DNA of 64,000 bases from Macrostomum hystrix (taxonomy: Eukaryota; Animalia; Platyhelminthes). Both the position numbers and the translations under genes were made by a program. The stretch spans positions 5,332,001-5,396,000 of the forward strand of contig CATNEN010000011.1 in NCBI GenBank assembly GCA_950097015.1, written 5' to 3'. Below are positions 24,609 through 36,600 of the stretch, one piece after another (position 1 is the first letter of the stretch; each line of letters starts with the position of its first letter). The notes beneath the pieces were generated by a model. It was not told the origin of the DNA. It was given only the letters and a program-made list of their open reading frames with translations, and searched no databases.

Positions 24609-24854
24609 AGGAAACTGTGGCATACAATGACTGTTGCAGCAGCTAGAAGAAGCAACTTATGATACTACTCCTAATAGTAGTAATGCACACTTTTTTAACT
24701 AGTTGAATTTGTTACAATAATAATTGCTCCTGCCTGTTGTGCAGCCGACAGCACAGCCGCAGCTATTGCGCAGCGCATCTGAAGACTGCTTACGACCGTT
24801 CAGTCCATGGACTGGGGGGGGCGCCACAAGCAACCTCAAAGACTTATGCTAATT

Positions 24855-25004
24855 CTAGTACCAATTTAACAGGTGGGTGAGTTGGAAGCACTTCAGAGAT
24901 AATTGTCTTGCTGAAGGACACAAAATTCCACTGGAGTCGGGGATTGAACCCCCGACCTTCAAGTCGTATGTCCGACTTGGGTTGTAACCATTAGGCTACA
25001 ACCC
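24855..25004 (-). mobile_element. tRNA-derived SINE, family B
   Basis: Minus strand: A-box TAGCCTAATGG, hairpin AAGTCG-GACATA-CGACTT, T-arm GTCGGGGGTTCAATCCCCGAC, then TGTGTCCTTCAGCAAGACA, which resembles the CCTTGRGCAAG motif of CORE/V/Meta-type SINE central domains. Confidence 0.7.
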
Positions 25005-25635
25005 GTTATTATACACCGCTTCAGTGACTCATCGAAGGAAAACGAAAATCATTTCACTATTTGCATACTTAGCTGAAAAGAAGTAAATAATGACACCATG
25101 GCACAGTTCTAGTCCGGAGCTGAATTCCATCGCGACTTTTCATAACTCTGACGGATATAAGATATCACCGTCGGTGACTCGCTGTCCCCTGCACCGATGC
25201 CCCAATTCTCAGTCTCAGTCCGGATAGAATATTAGGCCCACTGCAGCTGATAGCAACAGGAGGGCCGACCAGTGGCTACATTTTCAATTGGGGGGTGCTA
25301 CATGCTTGCCGCTGGTTCCCACAGCACCAAATGAAATCTCTCTAATTGTTGATTTTTGACACTACTTGATGAAAGCAGTAGCAGTTCTAGCAGCAAGCAA
25401 TGTTCCCTTTGGCTAGCCTCCTTATGCATATAAATTTCTCACTTGCACCAGACTGAAGGGACAGCAACGGCCTTAGGTGGTGGCAGCGACTACTGGCGAA
25501 AATTTCAGAAACGGCTCGATACAAATTAAGCTACTGCAATGCAAGGACAGCTTCTGTTGGCGTCTGTAACGTCGGAAAATAATATTATAATTCTGCCTGC
25601 TAGGATAGATTTCTTAGGTCTTCTTATAACAACAT

Positions 25636-26630
25636 TTAGACACCTGTTTGGCGGGGATTTGGACACCTGTTTGTCGGGGATTTAGACACCTGTTTGACGG
25701 GGATTTGGACACCTGTTTGTCGGGGATTTGGACATCTGTTTGTCGGGGATTTGGACACCTGTTTGTCGGGGATTTGGACACCTGTTTGTCGGGGATTTAG
25801 ACACCTGTTTGTCGGGGATTTGAACACCTGTTTGACGGGGATTTGGACACCTGTTTGACGGGGATTTGGACACCTGTTTGTCGGGGATTTGGACACCTGT
25901 TTGTCGGGGATTTGGACACCTGTTTGTCGGGGATTTGGACACCTGTTTGTCGGGGATTTGGACACCTGTTTGTCGGGGATTTGGACACCTGTTTGTCGGG
26001 GATTTAGACACCTGTTTGTCGGGGATTTGGACACCTGTTTGACGGGGATTTGGACACCTGTTTGACGGGGATTTGGACACCTGTTTGACGGGGATTTGGA
26101 CACCTGTTTGTCGGGGATTTGGACACCTGTTTGTCGGGGATTTGGACACCTGTTTGTCGGGGATTTGGACACCTGTTTGTCGGGGATTTAGACACCTGTT
26201 TGTCGGGGATTTGAACACCTGTTTGACGGGGATTTGGACACCTGTTTGACGGGGATTTGGACACCTGTTTGTCGGGGATTTGGACACCTGTTTGTCGGGG
26301 ATTTGGACACCTGTTTGTCGGGGATTTGGACACCTGTTTGTCGGGGATTTAGACACCTGTTTGTCGGGGATTTGGACACCTGTTTGTCGGGGATTTGGAC
26401 ACCTGTTTGACTGGGATTTAGACACCTGTTTGTCGGGGATTTAGGCACCTGTTTGTCGGGGATTTGAACACCTTATAATAACGGGGTTTTGGACACCTGT
26501 TTGACGGGGATTTGGACACCTGTTTGTCGGGGATTTGGACACCTGTTTGTCGGGGATTTGGACACCTGTTTGTGGGGGATTTGGACACCTGTTTGTCGGG
26601 GATTTGGACACCTGTACAATTGGATTTAGA
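25636..26630. repeat. 23-bp minisatellite (GGACACCTGTTTGTCGGGGATTT)
   Basis: About 42 units. Confidence 0.97.
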
Positions 26631-28263
26631 CAAAAATCTAAAATAAATATAAAATCTTGTTATAAAAAACAGCAGTGTCGGGAGGTCTCGTCTCGCCAGT
26701 TAAAACCCGCGCAAGATGGTGGACAGTCGTTGCAGCTGTGCCCTCACATACAGGGCCTCGTTCAAGATGCTCTCGTCAGGATGGTCTCGACCACGGTAAT
26801 TCTTTGAAAGTTCTGACCAGCGAGCTTGGTAATCAGCCCGTCTTAAGTCTCACACTATATGTGGTCTCATACAGTCTGGACTTTGACAATCTGACAGGCC
26901 GTTCGGTCGTCACAGCGGTTTCTAAGATACCTGAAGGATACGATGAGGGAAGCAGATCACGTGATCGAAGTCTTCCATCATGCACCAATCACTCATGGCC
27001 AGACGCGACAAACTATTATAGATATCTAATTTAGTTCCCACACTTATCACAAGTGTAAGCAATGGCAATGCAGTATGCTTGTGGCCAGCGTGTGATGCAA
27101 GCCCTCTTAAATGCGCAGTGTAAAGTTGCAGATCAGCAAGTGTGAAACAGAAGTCTAGAGTTACACGCGGCTTGGGCAAGTGTTAAATATTATACAGCTT
27201 CGGTAGAAGCAACTAAAACAACACTGATATTTAGGCATCTTTCATTTCAGCCCTTGTCGGCAAATGGCAATTTTATAGCCGAGATTCAGGGCTTCAAAAT
27301 TTATAAGAAAAACAACAACTTATAGAAGATAGCGTGAGAAGGCTGTGCAGTTATTGTATGCGGATCAGACACTGACACGCATGCTGCTACTTAGTGCTTA
27401 GCGCTTGGTTTTCTGCGGTTGAAAATTGATAGCTTTCCATCGGTTACATACGTTACAATGCCGTATAATAGATTATCTGCTAGCACATTGGCATGTTGAA
27501 ACTAAGCAGACCAGACAAATAATTTAACTCTCTCTCTATTTTACTGTGAAGTTGTGTCCAACAACTGGGAAAAGTGTTATTAATACCAGCATACTGTTCA
27601 TGGTTTGTATAATATTTAAAAAATATTGTTTGACTGCTTCGTGGGAGTGGTTTGTTGCTGGCGGTGTGTTTCTCAATCGGTAGACAGTTTCGCCTACTTT
27701 CGAATGACCCACGCAAAGCGCTGGCAAAGCTGAAGGCTTACTTCGAAGTTAAATAGTGATTCCAAGTGAGTTATATATATTTTGAAAACAGTTAAGCGTT
27801 TAGAGTTCGTTTCAGTGAAACACATAAAGAAGAGATAGACAGATTTAGTATAAATGTAGGCACAAATGGAAAATGAAAACTAAATTTATAATATAATCCG
27901 CTAATATATACTCAAGCAAATAACATTGTACTGACACATTGCACTGATTTTTTGTTTTGCTGCTCAAGTAGGGCTTTAAGCTTTCAATCCGAATTGATTT
28001 TTACTTTCATTTTATTGAAAACACGCTAAACAAAGTTGAGCGGAAAAGTACAAAGCGTAAACTTTCTAAGAAAATGTATCTCAATTAAACATTCTCCTCT
28101 GTTGGGCGCAACAGCACAGCGTTGCGGTTAAAAATGATATAAATAAAGGTTATATCATTATATAGAATATACGAGTATATAGCGAATGGTTGGAATTTTA
28201 AGGCATTTTTTGTTTTATTAACATCAATGGGTTAAAAAGTTTTATGGAGGGGGGTTGGTGAAG

Positions 28264-28530
28264 GGAGTGGGGTTGGTGAATTGGTCGAGGTGTGAAGTTA
28301 TTCGTGGCTTTAATGTCGACAGAATGGTAAGGAATTTTATGGAGTGGGGTTGGTGAAGTGGTCGAGGTGTAAAGTTATTCGTGGCTTAAGTGTCGACAGA
28401 ATGGTAAGGAGTTTGATGGAGTGGGGTTGGTGAAGTGGTCGAGGTGTGAAGTTATTCGAGGCTTTAGTGTCGAAAGAAGGGTAAGGAATTTTGAGGTTGG
28501 TGAAGTGGTCGAGGTGTAAAGTCAGTCGTA
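28264..28530. repeat. 77-bp imperfect tandem repeat, about 3.5 copies
   Basis: GGAGTGGGGTTGGTGAA starts at 28264, 28341 and 28418. Confidence 0.9.
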
Positions 28531-29131
28531 GCGTTAAAGTCGATTGAGGGTAAATAAATTGTATTGGGAGGTGTAGGCATTGTTCTATTTCCTGTTATGG
28601 CATTAATCTCGTTATCGTACTTTAAATATAGATTATTGAGAAAAAAACCACTAAAAATCCCTTTTTTTGACTCCCACGTGAGTTTTGTAGAGATGGAAAA
28701 TCGACTATCCAATATCCACTGATGCAAGGACAACAAATATTAAACGAGTATATAAGGTACCCGATACCGGTAGTCTAAAAATCAATATCCGATGTATTTT
28801 GCGTCAAAAATGATAAACAGCGCAAATATTTCCAAAGTAAGGCTAAAAAGGTGAAGAAGCCGATTAGTCATAAAATAATAAATAAATTTTAACTTGTACA
28901 AAGCAAACACAACACTAACTTGAGTAGGCAAATGGTTACTCAGGCACGTGGATAGTTACTTGGGTAATTGACACTGAAGATATGCATTTATTTTCCATAC
29001 CTTAGCTGGAATTCCATTCCATTCCATTCCATAGCTGGTTTAGCTCACAATCAGATGCTTTCGAAGCATAATCAGACACTGACTGTCGCTGCAGTGGGAG
29101 TCCAGGAGTTCACTGGCTGATTTGGCTGAGT

Positions 29132-29154
29132 CTAGTTTTCAATCTTGGCTTCAT

Positions 29155-29185
<31 letters not shown>

Positions 29186-30357
29186 GTTTGGTTTGCAGCA
29201 CTTTCGCATGTGCTTCTCTAGCGTGCTGGCAACACTGAAGGGCGTGTTGCATTGACGACACACATGCGCCGCCGCCGCCGCCGCTTTGCCGCCGTGGGTC
29301 TTCATGTGCCGCGTCAGCTTGCTGCTCTGGGCGCAGGCGTATGAGCACAGCCGACAACTGTACGGCTTCTCACCTGTGTGGCTGCGGCGGTGCACAGTCA
29401 GGTTAGAGCAGTTCTTGAATACCTTGCCGCAGTATTCACAGGTGTCACTCCTGCGCGACTTGGACAGCGGCTGGGAGGTGGTGCCGGCTTCAACCCCGGA
29501 GGCTGCGCTGTTGCTGACGCTGCTACCGCTGCTGCTGCCACTGTTAGCGCTCTTGCGGGTCTTGGCATCGATATTTTCGATGTCTGCAGTTGGTATTTCC
29601 ATTTTCGACGGGCTGCTGGATGCGGCAGAAGCTGGTGGCAGCGAAACCAAGGGTGGCGGCGGCGGCAGCTGCAGCGGCGGCTGCAGCGGCGGCGGCAGTG
29701 GCGGCAACTGCGGCAGTGACCCTGGCAGACTACGACGCCACAGCTGCGATGGCAGGGGCAACGGCAAAGGCAACTGCGCCGGCAGAGGCTGCGCAGCCGA
29801 TAAAGAGGCTGCGAGCCGCGGGCGTTTAGCCGATGCCGATACGGCTGCCGCAGCGGCCGCGGCCATGGCAGCCGCAACCGCCGGGTGCCAGCAAGATCCG
29901 TAGCTTGTCGGCGGTAGCGGCGGCGGCGGCGGTGGAAAATGCGGCTGAGTTGGCGTGAAGCGCGCTTGCGACAGCTGCTGCTGTTGCTGCTGCAGAGAGA
30001 ACAGCGATCTCGGATAGAAAGCTGAGGATGGAAAGAAGCTAGCTGTCGGGTGAGGATGTGGCGGCGTTGAAGGCGGCGGTAGCAGCAGAGTGGCGGCTAG
30101 CAGAGCCGCTGATGTATGGCGCCTCTTCTCCGACTGTGGCTGCGGCTGCGGCTGCGGCTGCGTCTGCGGCTGTGGATGAGGTTGAGGTGGTGCAGACGGT
30201 TCGCCTGCTTCCTCGCCAGCCTCGAGAAATATTTCTAGCCGATGCTGCGTCTGAGCATGCTGTATCAGCTGCCAAGCGGAGCGGTGGCTGGACAGGCACT
30301 TTCGGCAGACGAAACTGCTGGGTTCGGCTGCATCTGTGGCGGCGTCTTCTGGTGCTG
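29132..30357 (-). CDS. BCL11: BCL11-family zinc-finger transcription factor, terminal exon
   Basis: The frame is open from 30357 to the stop at 29132. It has [28 protein letters not shown] (BCL11 ZF1) and [31 protein letters not shown]...[16 protein letters not shown]...[14 protein letters not shown] (ZF4-6, nearly identical to BCL11A/B). Phase-1 acceptor AATCAG at 30358. Confidence 0.93.
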
Positions 30358-30469
30358 CTGATTCGAGGACAGAAAATTTCGAGCAATAAATAGATTAAAA
30401 TTATTTTTTCTATAGAAAGGCAAAATTTTTATTTAGACACTTCTAGCAATCAATCGTCGCATCGCTCAC

Positions 30470-30580
30470 CGTCAGAGTGCGTGTCAGTCCAGGCGTCTCT
30501 GCTTCTCTGTCCTTGCAGCTGCACCGAGTCCGAATTCGAACCAGCTAAAGAGTCTGCGGTTGTGGATGTCGCCGAGGAGC
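30470..30580 (-). CDS. BCL11: BCL11 internal exon (111 nt, phase 1-1)
   Basis: Acceptor TCTTTCCTACAG and donor G|GTGAGC. Encodes SSATSTTADSLAGSNSDSVQLQGQRSRDAWTDTHSD in frame with the terminal exon. Confidence 0.7.
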
Positions 30581-30642
30581 CTGTAGGAAAGACGCGAGAT
30601 AATTAAATAATGAACTATGTTCTTTATTTTGACGCATTTTTA

Positions 30643-30920
30643 TGGGCGAGTGGCAGAGCGGTCTCATGTGCTTGCCTCTCTCACCCATGTCCCCGAGTTC
30701 GATTCCACGCGGCGAGACAACACTTATTTCGGGCGCAGCCGCAGAGAAGGCTTGGGGCTTGTCGTGCAAAATATGCCATTGAGTGCCAACCTCCAAGGCA
30801 CATGAGTGACAGTGATCAGTGCCTGACGACGAGAAATTCAGTACAAATTGTTTATGTGCGCCTGAGTACGGTATCTGAGTGTCCTCAGGAGTCAGCGGAA
30901 TGAACAGAATTGTCTCCTCG
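30643..30920 (+). mobile_element. tRNA-derived SINE, family A
   Basis: A-box TGGCAGAGCGG at 30651, B-box GAGTTCGATTCC at 30695, and the family body motifs. Confidence 0.8.
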
Positions 30921-30974
30921 CTGTCACCAAATGATGTACCAGTGTCATTCTTATCAACGACGCATTAATTATTG

Positions 30975-31190
30975 ACTGTTCAATTCGCTGACACCTGAGT
31001 ACACACGCACACGGATAACTGTACGTAGGCTTACACTCACACAGGAGCGCAGGATCTGACCTGACTTTCTAACCGTCAGGCAGTGCATTGAAGGTTGGCC
31101 CTCATTACCCGACAACCCCCAAGCCTTCTCTCCGCGGCTGCGCCCCAAAGGAATGTGGATTCGCCATGCGGAATCGAGCTCAGGGGTTTT
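30975..31190 (-). mobile_element. SINE family A, 5-prime truncated
   Basis: Minus strand has GAGCTCGATTCC and the body motifs GCAGCCGCGGAGAGAAGGCTTGGGGG and CTGCCTGACGGTTAGAAAGTCAGG. Confidence 0.75.
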
Positions 31191-32774
31191 GTTTGGAAGC
31201 AACCAAACTAGTTAGTTAGTTAGTAAACTATAACTAGTGAATGTGTGCATATGTTTTTTCGAAACAATCTCAAGTCCAATCTGGCGACACTGTGAAAGGG
31301 AATCTCATTTCTCGTTGTCAGTTTAGCTGATTTCGTAAAAAATCCGGGCTGGGACAACAAAGCGATGAAGTGGATAAAAGGGCTCTAAGAGGCGCTCTCG
31401 TCCGGAGACAAGGCAGCGCGAATCAATCAATCAGTGATTGCTATTTTACCCACTGCCTGCCGCTGCTGCAGCTGCTTTTTTAAGCAGAAAGAGCTAAAAA
31501 ATCTCATACATGAGTGGCCATGAAAAAACAAACAGGGAATAAAAGCAACAGGAGATACGGGGCGCAGAATGGGATGGGATGGAAGCTTCTGGACCAGCTC
31601 GAAAATGAAATATGAAATATGAAAATGGCCTAGCGCAATGCCCGCCCGCCTTCAACCAAGCCACCTGAGCTCCGATAGAAGCGCAACAAACAGATGAGAG
31701 ATGGGGAAGAGGGTGGAGGGACCCAGATCCCATTCAGTTTGCTTCTCATGCTCCCCTCTTCCCGAAAACCCTCATCCTCAGCGCGCCATTGTCTGTCGCA
31801 TCGCTGGGCCATTGTTATCAGCCTCCTCTGGTCCGTGGCTGCAGTCCTCTTGGCTGGCCTCGAGGGACCGTTGGGGGGGGTCGGCGGGCCGCTGCCCAGA
31901 ATGCGGGCAGAATTCTCTGATCAGAAGTGAAGTGGAGGAGTTGCAGACTCAAGGCAGGAGAGATAAGTGGATGAAGAGAAAGGCAATGCTGGTGATAACT
32001 GCTGAGATTTGATTAGAGAATACACGAGAGCGGCTTGCAGACTTGCGCGTTAGTTGAAACCTCAAAGGGACGAAAAGAACGAGGAACTGCGAAGCTTTGC
32101 TTGTGCCATACTTAGTTTCTATATTACTTGCTTACAATATCTATACTAGATTGTTATCGATTGACGAAAAAAGAGAGAATTTATTACAAACAGGAAAGCA
32201 ATGAAAATTGTCCGATGAAAATTATGCCGCCAGATTTTCATGAGCAAACCGAGGAGGCTGAACTCAACCGGTTCGCGGCATTGTTCCAGATAAAGGGACA
32301 GAAGGGATAGTTGAAAATGGTTATTCAATAGGCAGTGAGCGGAGCATGACATTGTTGAGTGAGATCATCGGCAGGCATTTAAAGTTAGCGATGCGATTAG
32401 AAAAAAAAGCAATAAAATATTTTAAATTCAAGAGTCGCCTGAGATGTTAACCGATCGCTGTTCGATTCTCTCCTCTCTCTTTATTTTCTCAGCCATTGTG
32501 TTCACGTTTCGGTCATTTCCTTCTGAAATCTAAAAATCCTATTTTAACAGGCTCTCCCCACATCGCACCGACTCCAACAATTTCTGTGAGCCGTCTCATC
32601 ACTGAATAATTCTCACACGTTGCTTCTGCTGTTAGTTGGATAATGCACGTGCGATGAGGCCTGACGGGGCGGAATTACTCACACAAAGCATGCTGGATTG
32701 GTATAGGCTTCGGCTATAGAAATCCTGGTGGAAAAATTAGCTGCATTTTGTCTCTTAGGACGTTGGGATGGGGA

Positions 32775-33665
32775 AAGCAAGAAGTGGATATTGCAAAGTG
32801 AGAAGTTGATATTGGAAAGTGAGAAGTGGATATTGGAAAGTGAGAAGTTGATATTGGAAAGTGAGAAGTGGATATTGGAAAGTGTGAAGTTGATATTGGA
32901 AAGTGAGAAGTGGATATTGCAAAGTGAGAAGTGGATATTGGAAAGTGAGAAGTTGATATTGGAAAGTGAGAAGTGGATATTGGAAAGTGTGAAGTTGATA
33001 TTGGAAAGTGAGAAGTGGATATTGCAAAGTGTGAAGTTGATATTGGAAAGTGAGAAGTGGATATTGCAAAGTGAGAAGTGGATATTGGAAAGTGAGAAGT
33101 TGATATTGGAAAGTGAGAAGTGGATATTGGAAAGTGTGAAGTTGATATTGGAAAGTGAGAAGTGGATATTGGAAAGTGTGAAGTTGATATTGGAAAGTGA
33201 GAAGTGGATATTGCAAAGTGTGAAGTTGATATTGGAAAGTGAGAAGTGGATATTGCAAAGTGAGAAGTGGATATTGGAAAGTGAGAAGTTGATATTGGAA
33301 AGTGAGAAGTGGATATTGCAAAGTGAGAAGTTGATATTGGAAAGTGAGAAGTGGATATTGCAAAGTGAGAAGCTGATATTGGAAAGTGAGAAGTTGATAT
33401 TGCAAAGTGAGAAGTGGATATTGGAAAGTGTGAAGTTGATATTGGAAAGTGAGAAGTGGATATTGGAAAGTGAGAAGTGGATATTGGAAAGTGAGAAGTG
33501 GATATTGGAAAGTGAGAAGTTGATATTGCAAAGTGAGAAGTTGATATTGGAAAGTGAGAAGTTGATATTGCAAAGTGAGAAGTTGATATTGGAAAGTGAG
33601 AAGTGGATATTGGAAAGTGAGAAGTGGATATTGCAAAGTGTGAAGTTGATATTGGAAAGTGAGAA
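32775..33665. repeat. 21-bp minisatellite (GATATTGGAAAGTGAGAAGTG)
   Basis: About 42 units; ORFs with 7-aa period in several frames are artefacts. Confidence 0.97.
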
Positions 33666-34184
33666 ATAATAGAAATATGAGTAATGGATATTGGAAGCGA
33701 GAAGTCAGAACAGGAAGTGGTCATGAGGTCACGGGCCAAGTTTAACTGACTTCGGACAAAGAAGCACAAAGTATTCTTTATTCATTGTATAGATATTGTT
33801 TGTAGATTATCATTCAGAACTATAATTTGAAGAGGTCCGACAGAAATTGTTTCCGCTCGAAAGAAAAGAATGTAAGAATTGATTGGCAGGTTGACGGAGG
33901 CACAAAGACTTGCTGTGGATAAGATATAGGTGTCATCTTTGTTCAACGGACAGCGTTGGTCATTGAGTCTGTGATGCCTTAAACAGTCAGGTTAGTCAGT
34001 AACACTAAATATTGTTTAGTTAGCACCGTACGGTGTGAATTAGGGCTATCACAGTGGTCCATCTCATCGCTAGCAAAAGATCCCAAGGACCTCTGCCACT
34101 CAAGTGTAAAGTAATTTCTACGATCGACAAAGGCATGGAATTCTGCGATTCTGCGATTTTGAATTATTGTGGGCGATAAGCTGA

Positions 34185-34815
34185 ATAGGCCTGAGGAAGG
34201 GGATGAATAGAGCCTGAGGAAGGGGCTGAATGGAGCCTGAGGAAGGGGATGAATGGAGCCTGAGGAAGGGGCTGAATGGAGCCTGAGGAAGGGGATGAAT
34301 GGAGCCTGAGGAAGGGGCTGGATGGAGCCTGAGGAAAGGGCTGAATGGAGCCTGAGGAAGGGGCTGGATGGAGCCTGAGGAAAGGGCTGAATGGAGCCTG
34401 AGGAAGGGGCTGGATAGAGGCTGAGGTAGGGGCTGGATGGAGGCTGAGGTAGGGGCTGAATGAAGCCTGAGGAAGGGGCTGGATGGAGGCTGAGGAAGGG
34501 GCTGGATGGAGGCTGAGGTAGGGGCTGAATGAAGCCTGAGGTAGGGGCTGAATGAAGCCTGAGGTAGGGGCTGGATGGAGCCTGAGGAAAGGGCTGAATG
34601 GAGCCTGAGGTAGGGGCTGAATGGAGCCTGAGGTAGGGGCTGAATGGAGCCTGAGGTAGGGGCTGAATAGAGCCTGAGGTAGGGGCTGAATGGAGCCTGA
34701 GGTAGGGGCTGAATGGAGCCTGAGGTAGGGGCTGAATGGAGCCTGAGGTAGGGGCTGAATGGAGCCTGAGGTAGGGGCTGAATGGAGCCTGAGGTAGGGG
34801 CTGAATGAAGCCTGA
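34185..34815. repeat. 23-bp G-rich minisatellite (GAGCCTGAGGTAGGGGCTGAATG)
   Basis: About 27 units. Confidence 0.95.
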
Positions 34816-35245
34816 ACAAGAGGATGAATGTGGCCTTACGATACTGTACTTAAAGCAAGTTTAAATTCCTAACCAAAATAGAAGCAGACAATGGACTTGC
34901 CGGCAAACAAATAAAATTTCAACTGTTCTCCCCGAACACATATCCAACAAGTTGCGCCCGCAAGTCTTTGTGAAAAGTCTTTGTCATTATCCGCCAAAAT
35001 CTGTGGGGGCGGATTCCGCCAGGATTTATGACATTTATATGGCTAGCAATGCACCCCGATGAACCGGAGAAAATGAACAAACTTTTCAAGCTGCAATGAG
35101 CCCGCAAAACTGCAGTGGTCTCGTGATCGCTTTTTAAAAGTTCCGACTATAGGGGGGATAGGGTGGAACAGCCACCGCATCCTGACGACGCACTTTTGGT
35201 TCTTGTGCACTTGTAATAGAATCAAAACTCGGAACAAAAACCCAC

Positions 35246-35470
35246 GGGCTGAGGGTCAGAGCGGTTAACGCGTTTGCCTCTCACGCCAAGGTTCCGGAGG
35301 AGGCCAAGCCGAGGAGAGAACGCCTTGCCATGCCGATATGAGGGCCAAACTCCAAGGTGAGTGTACACTGCCTGTCGATTAGAAAGTCAGGGCAGATGTA
35401 CACATCTGTGTGCGCGTGTGCTCAGGAGTCAGCGAAATGGGCAGAATTGCCTACTCGCTGGCAGCGTGTC
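35246..35470 (+). mobile_element. SINE family A, diverged head
   Basis: GGTCAGAGCGG A-box-like motif, CTCCAAGG, GTGTACACTGCCTG...AGAAAGTCAGGGCAGATGTACAC and CTCAGGAGTCAGCGAAATGGGCAGAATT. Confidence 0.7.
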
Positions 35471-35504
35471 TTGTTTGACCAAATCATATTCCAGTGCAGT
35501 GGTC

Positions 35505-36465
35505 CTACCCAAATCCATGAGATCGCCAACCCAAATCCATGATATCGCCAAATCAAATCCATGATATCGCCAACCCAAATCCATGATAGCGCCTACCCAA
35601 ATCCATGATATCGCCAACCCAAATCCATGATAGCGCCTACCCAAATCCAGGACATAGCGCCTACCCAAATCCATGATAGCGCCTACCCAAATCCTTGATA
35701 TCGCCAACCCAAATCCATGATAGCGCCTACCCAAATCCATGATATCGCCAACCCAAATCCATGAGATCGCCAACCCAAATCCATGAGATCGCCAACCCAA
35801 ATCCAGGACATAGCGCCAACCCAAATCCATGATAGCGCCTACCCAAATCCATGATATCGCCAACCCAAATCCATGATAGCGCCTACCCAAATCCATGATA
35901 TCGCCAACCCAAATCCATGATAGCGCCTACCCAAATCCATGATATCGCCAACCCAAATCCATGAGATCGCCAACCCAAATCCATGAGATCGCCAACCCAA
36001 ATCCAGGACATAGCGCCAACCCAAATCCATGATAGCGCCTACCCAAATCCATGATATCGCCAACCCAAATCCATGAGATCGCCAACCCAAATCCATGAGA
36101 TCGCCAACCCAAATCCATGAGATCGCCAACCCAAATCCATGAGATCGCCAACCCAAATCCATGAGATCGCCAACCCAAATCCATGAGATCGCCAACCCAA
36201 ATCCATGAGATCGCCAACCCAAATCCATGAGATCGCCAACCCAAATCCATGAGATCGCCAACCCAAATCCATGAGATCGCCAACCCAAATCCATGATATC
36301 GCCAACCCAAATCCATGAGATCGCCAACCCAAATCCATGAGATCGCCAACCCAAATCCATGAGATCGCCAACCCAAATCCATGAGATCGCCAACCCAAAT
36401 CCATGAGATCGCCAACCCAAATCCATGAGATCGCCAACCCAAATCCAGGACATAGCGCCTACCCA
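35505..36465. repeat. 22-bp minisatellite (ATCCATGAGATCGCCAACCCAA)
   Basis: About 43 units inside the putative BCL11 intron. Confidence 0.97.
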
Positions 36466-36479
36466 CAAGTGAGACTCAC

Positions 36480-36600
36480 CAAGCCGTCGATGATCGCCGC
36501 CGAGTTGCGTAGGCTTTTCCTGCTTTCGCCGATTCGAAGCCTGGTCCGTCGGACCCAAGCTGGAGGCATTGCTGCCGACTGCAGTTTCTCGCATCGACAT
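36480..36600 (-). CDS. BCL11: Probable BCL11 first coding exon
   Basis: MSMRETAVGSNASSLGPTDQASNRRKQEKPTQL contains RRKQxKP, the NuRD-binding motif of BCL11/FOG/SALL. Donor G|GTGAGT is phase 1, compatible with the downstream exons. Acceptor TTTTGCAG at 36610. Confidence 0.7.

Noticed and set aside
24930-25004. Functional tRNA gene
   Set aside because: No acceptor stem, a 6-nt anticodon loop and no Pol III terminator; it runs directly into a SINE-type body.
26690-27180. Coding-looking GC-balanced segment (EDFDHVICFPHRILQ; DHPDESILNEALYVRAQ)
   Set aside because: Stops in all frames and no convincing family motif. It may be a decayed element, but this cannot be supported without a search.
30581-36479. 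BCL11 ZF0 (C2HC) exon candidates near 33720 and 35080
   Set aside because: Neither has the CxxC...H...C spacing together with compatible splice sites.
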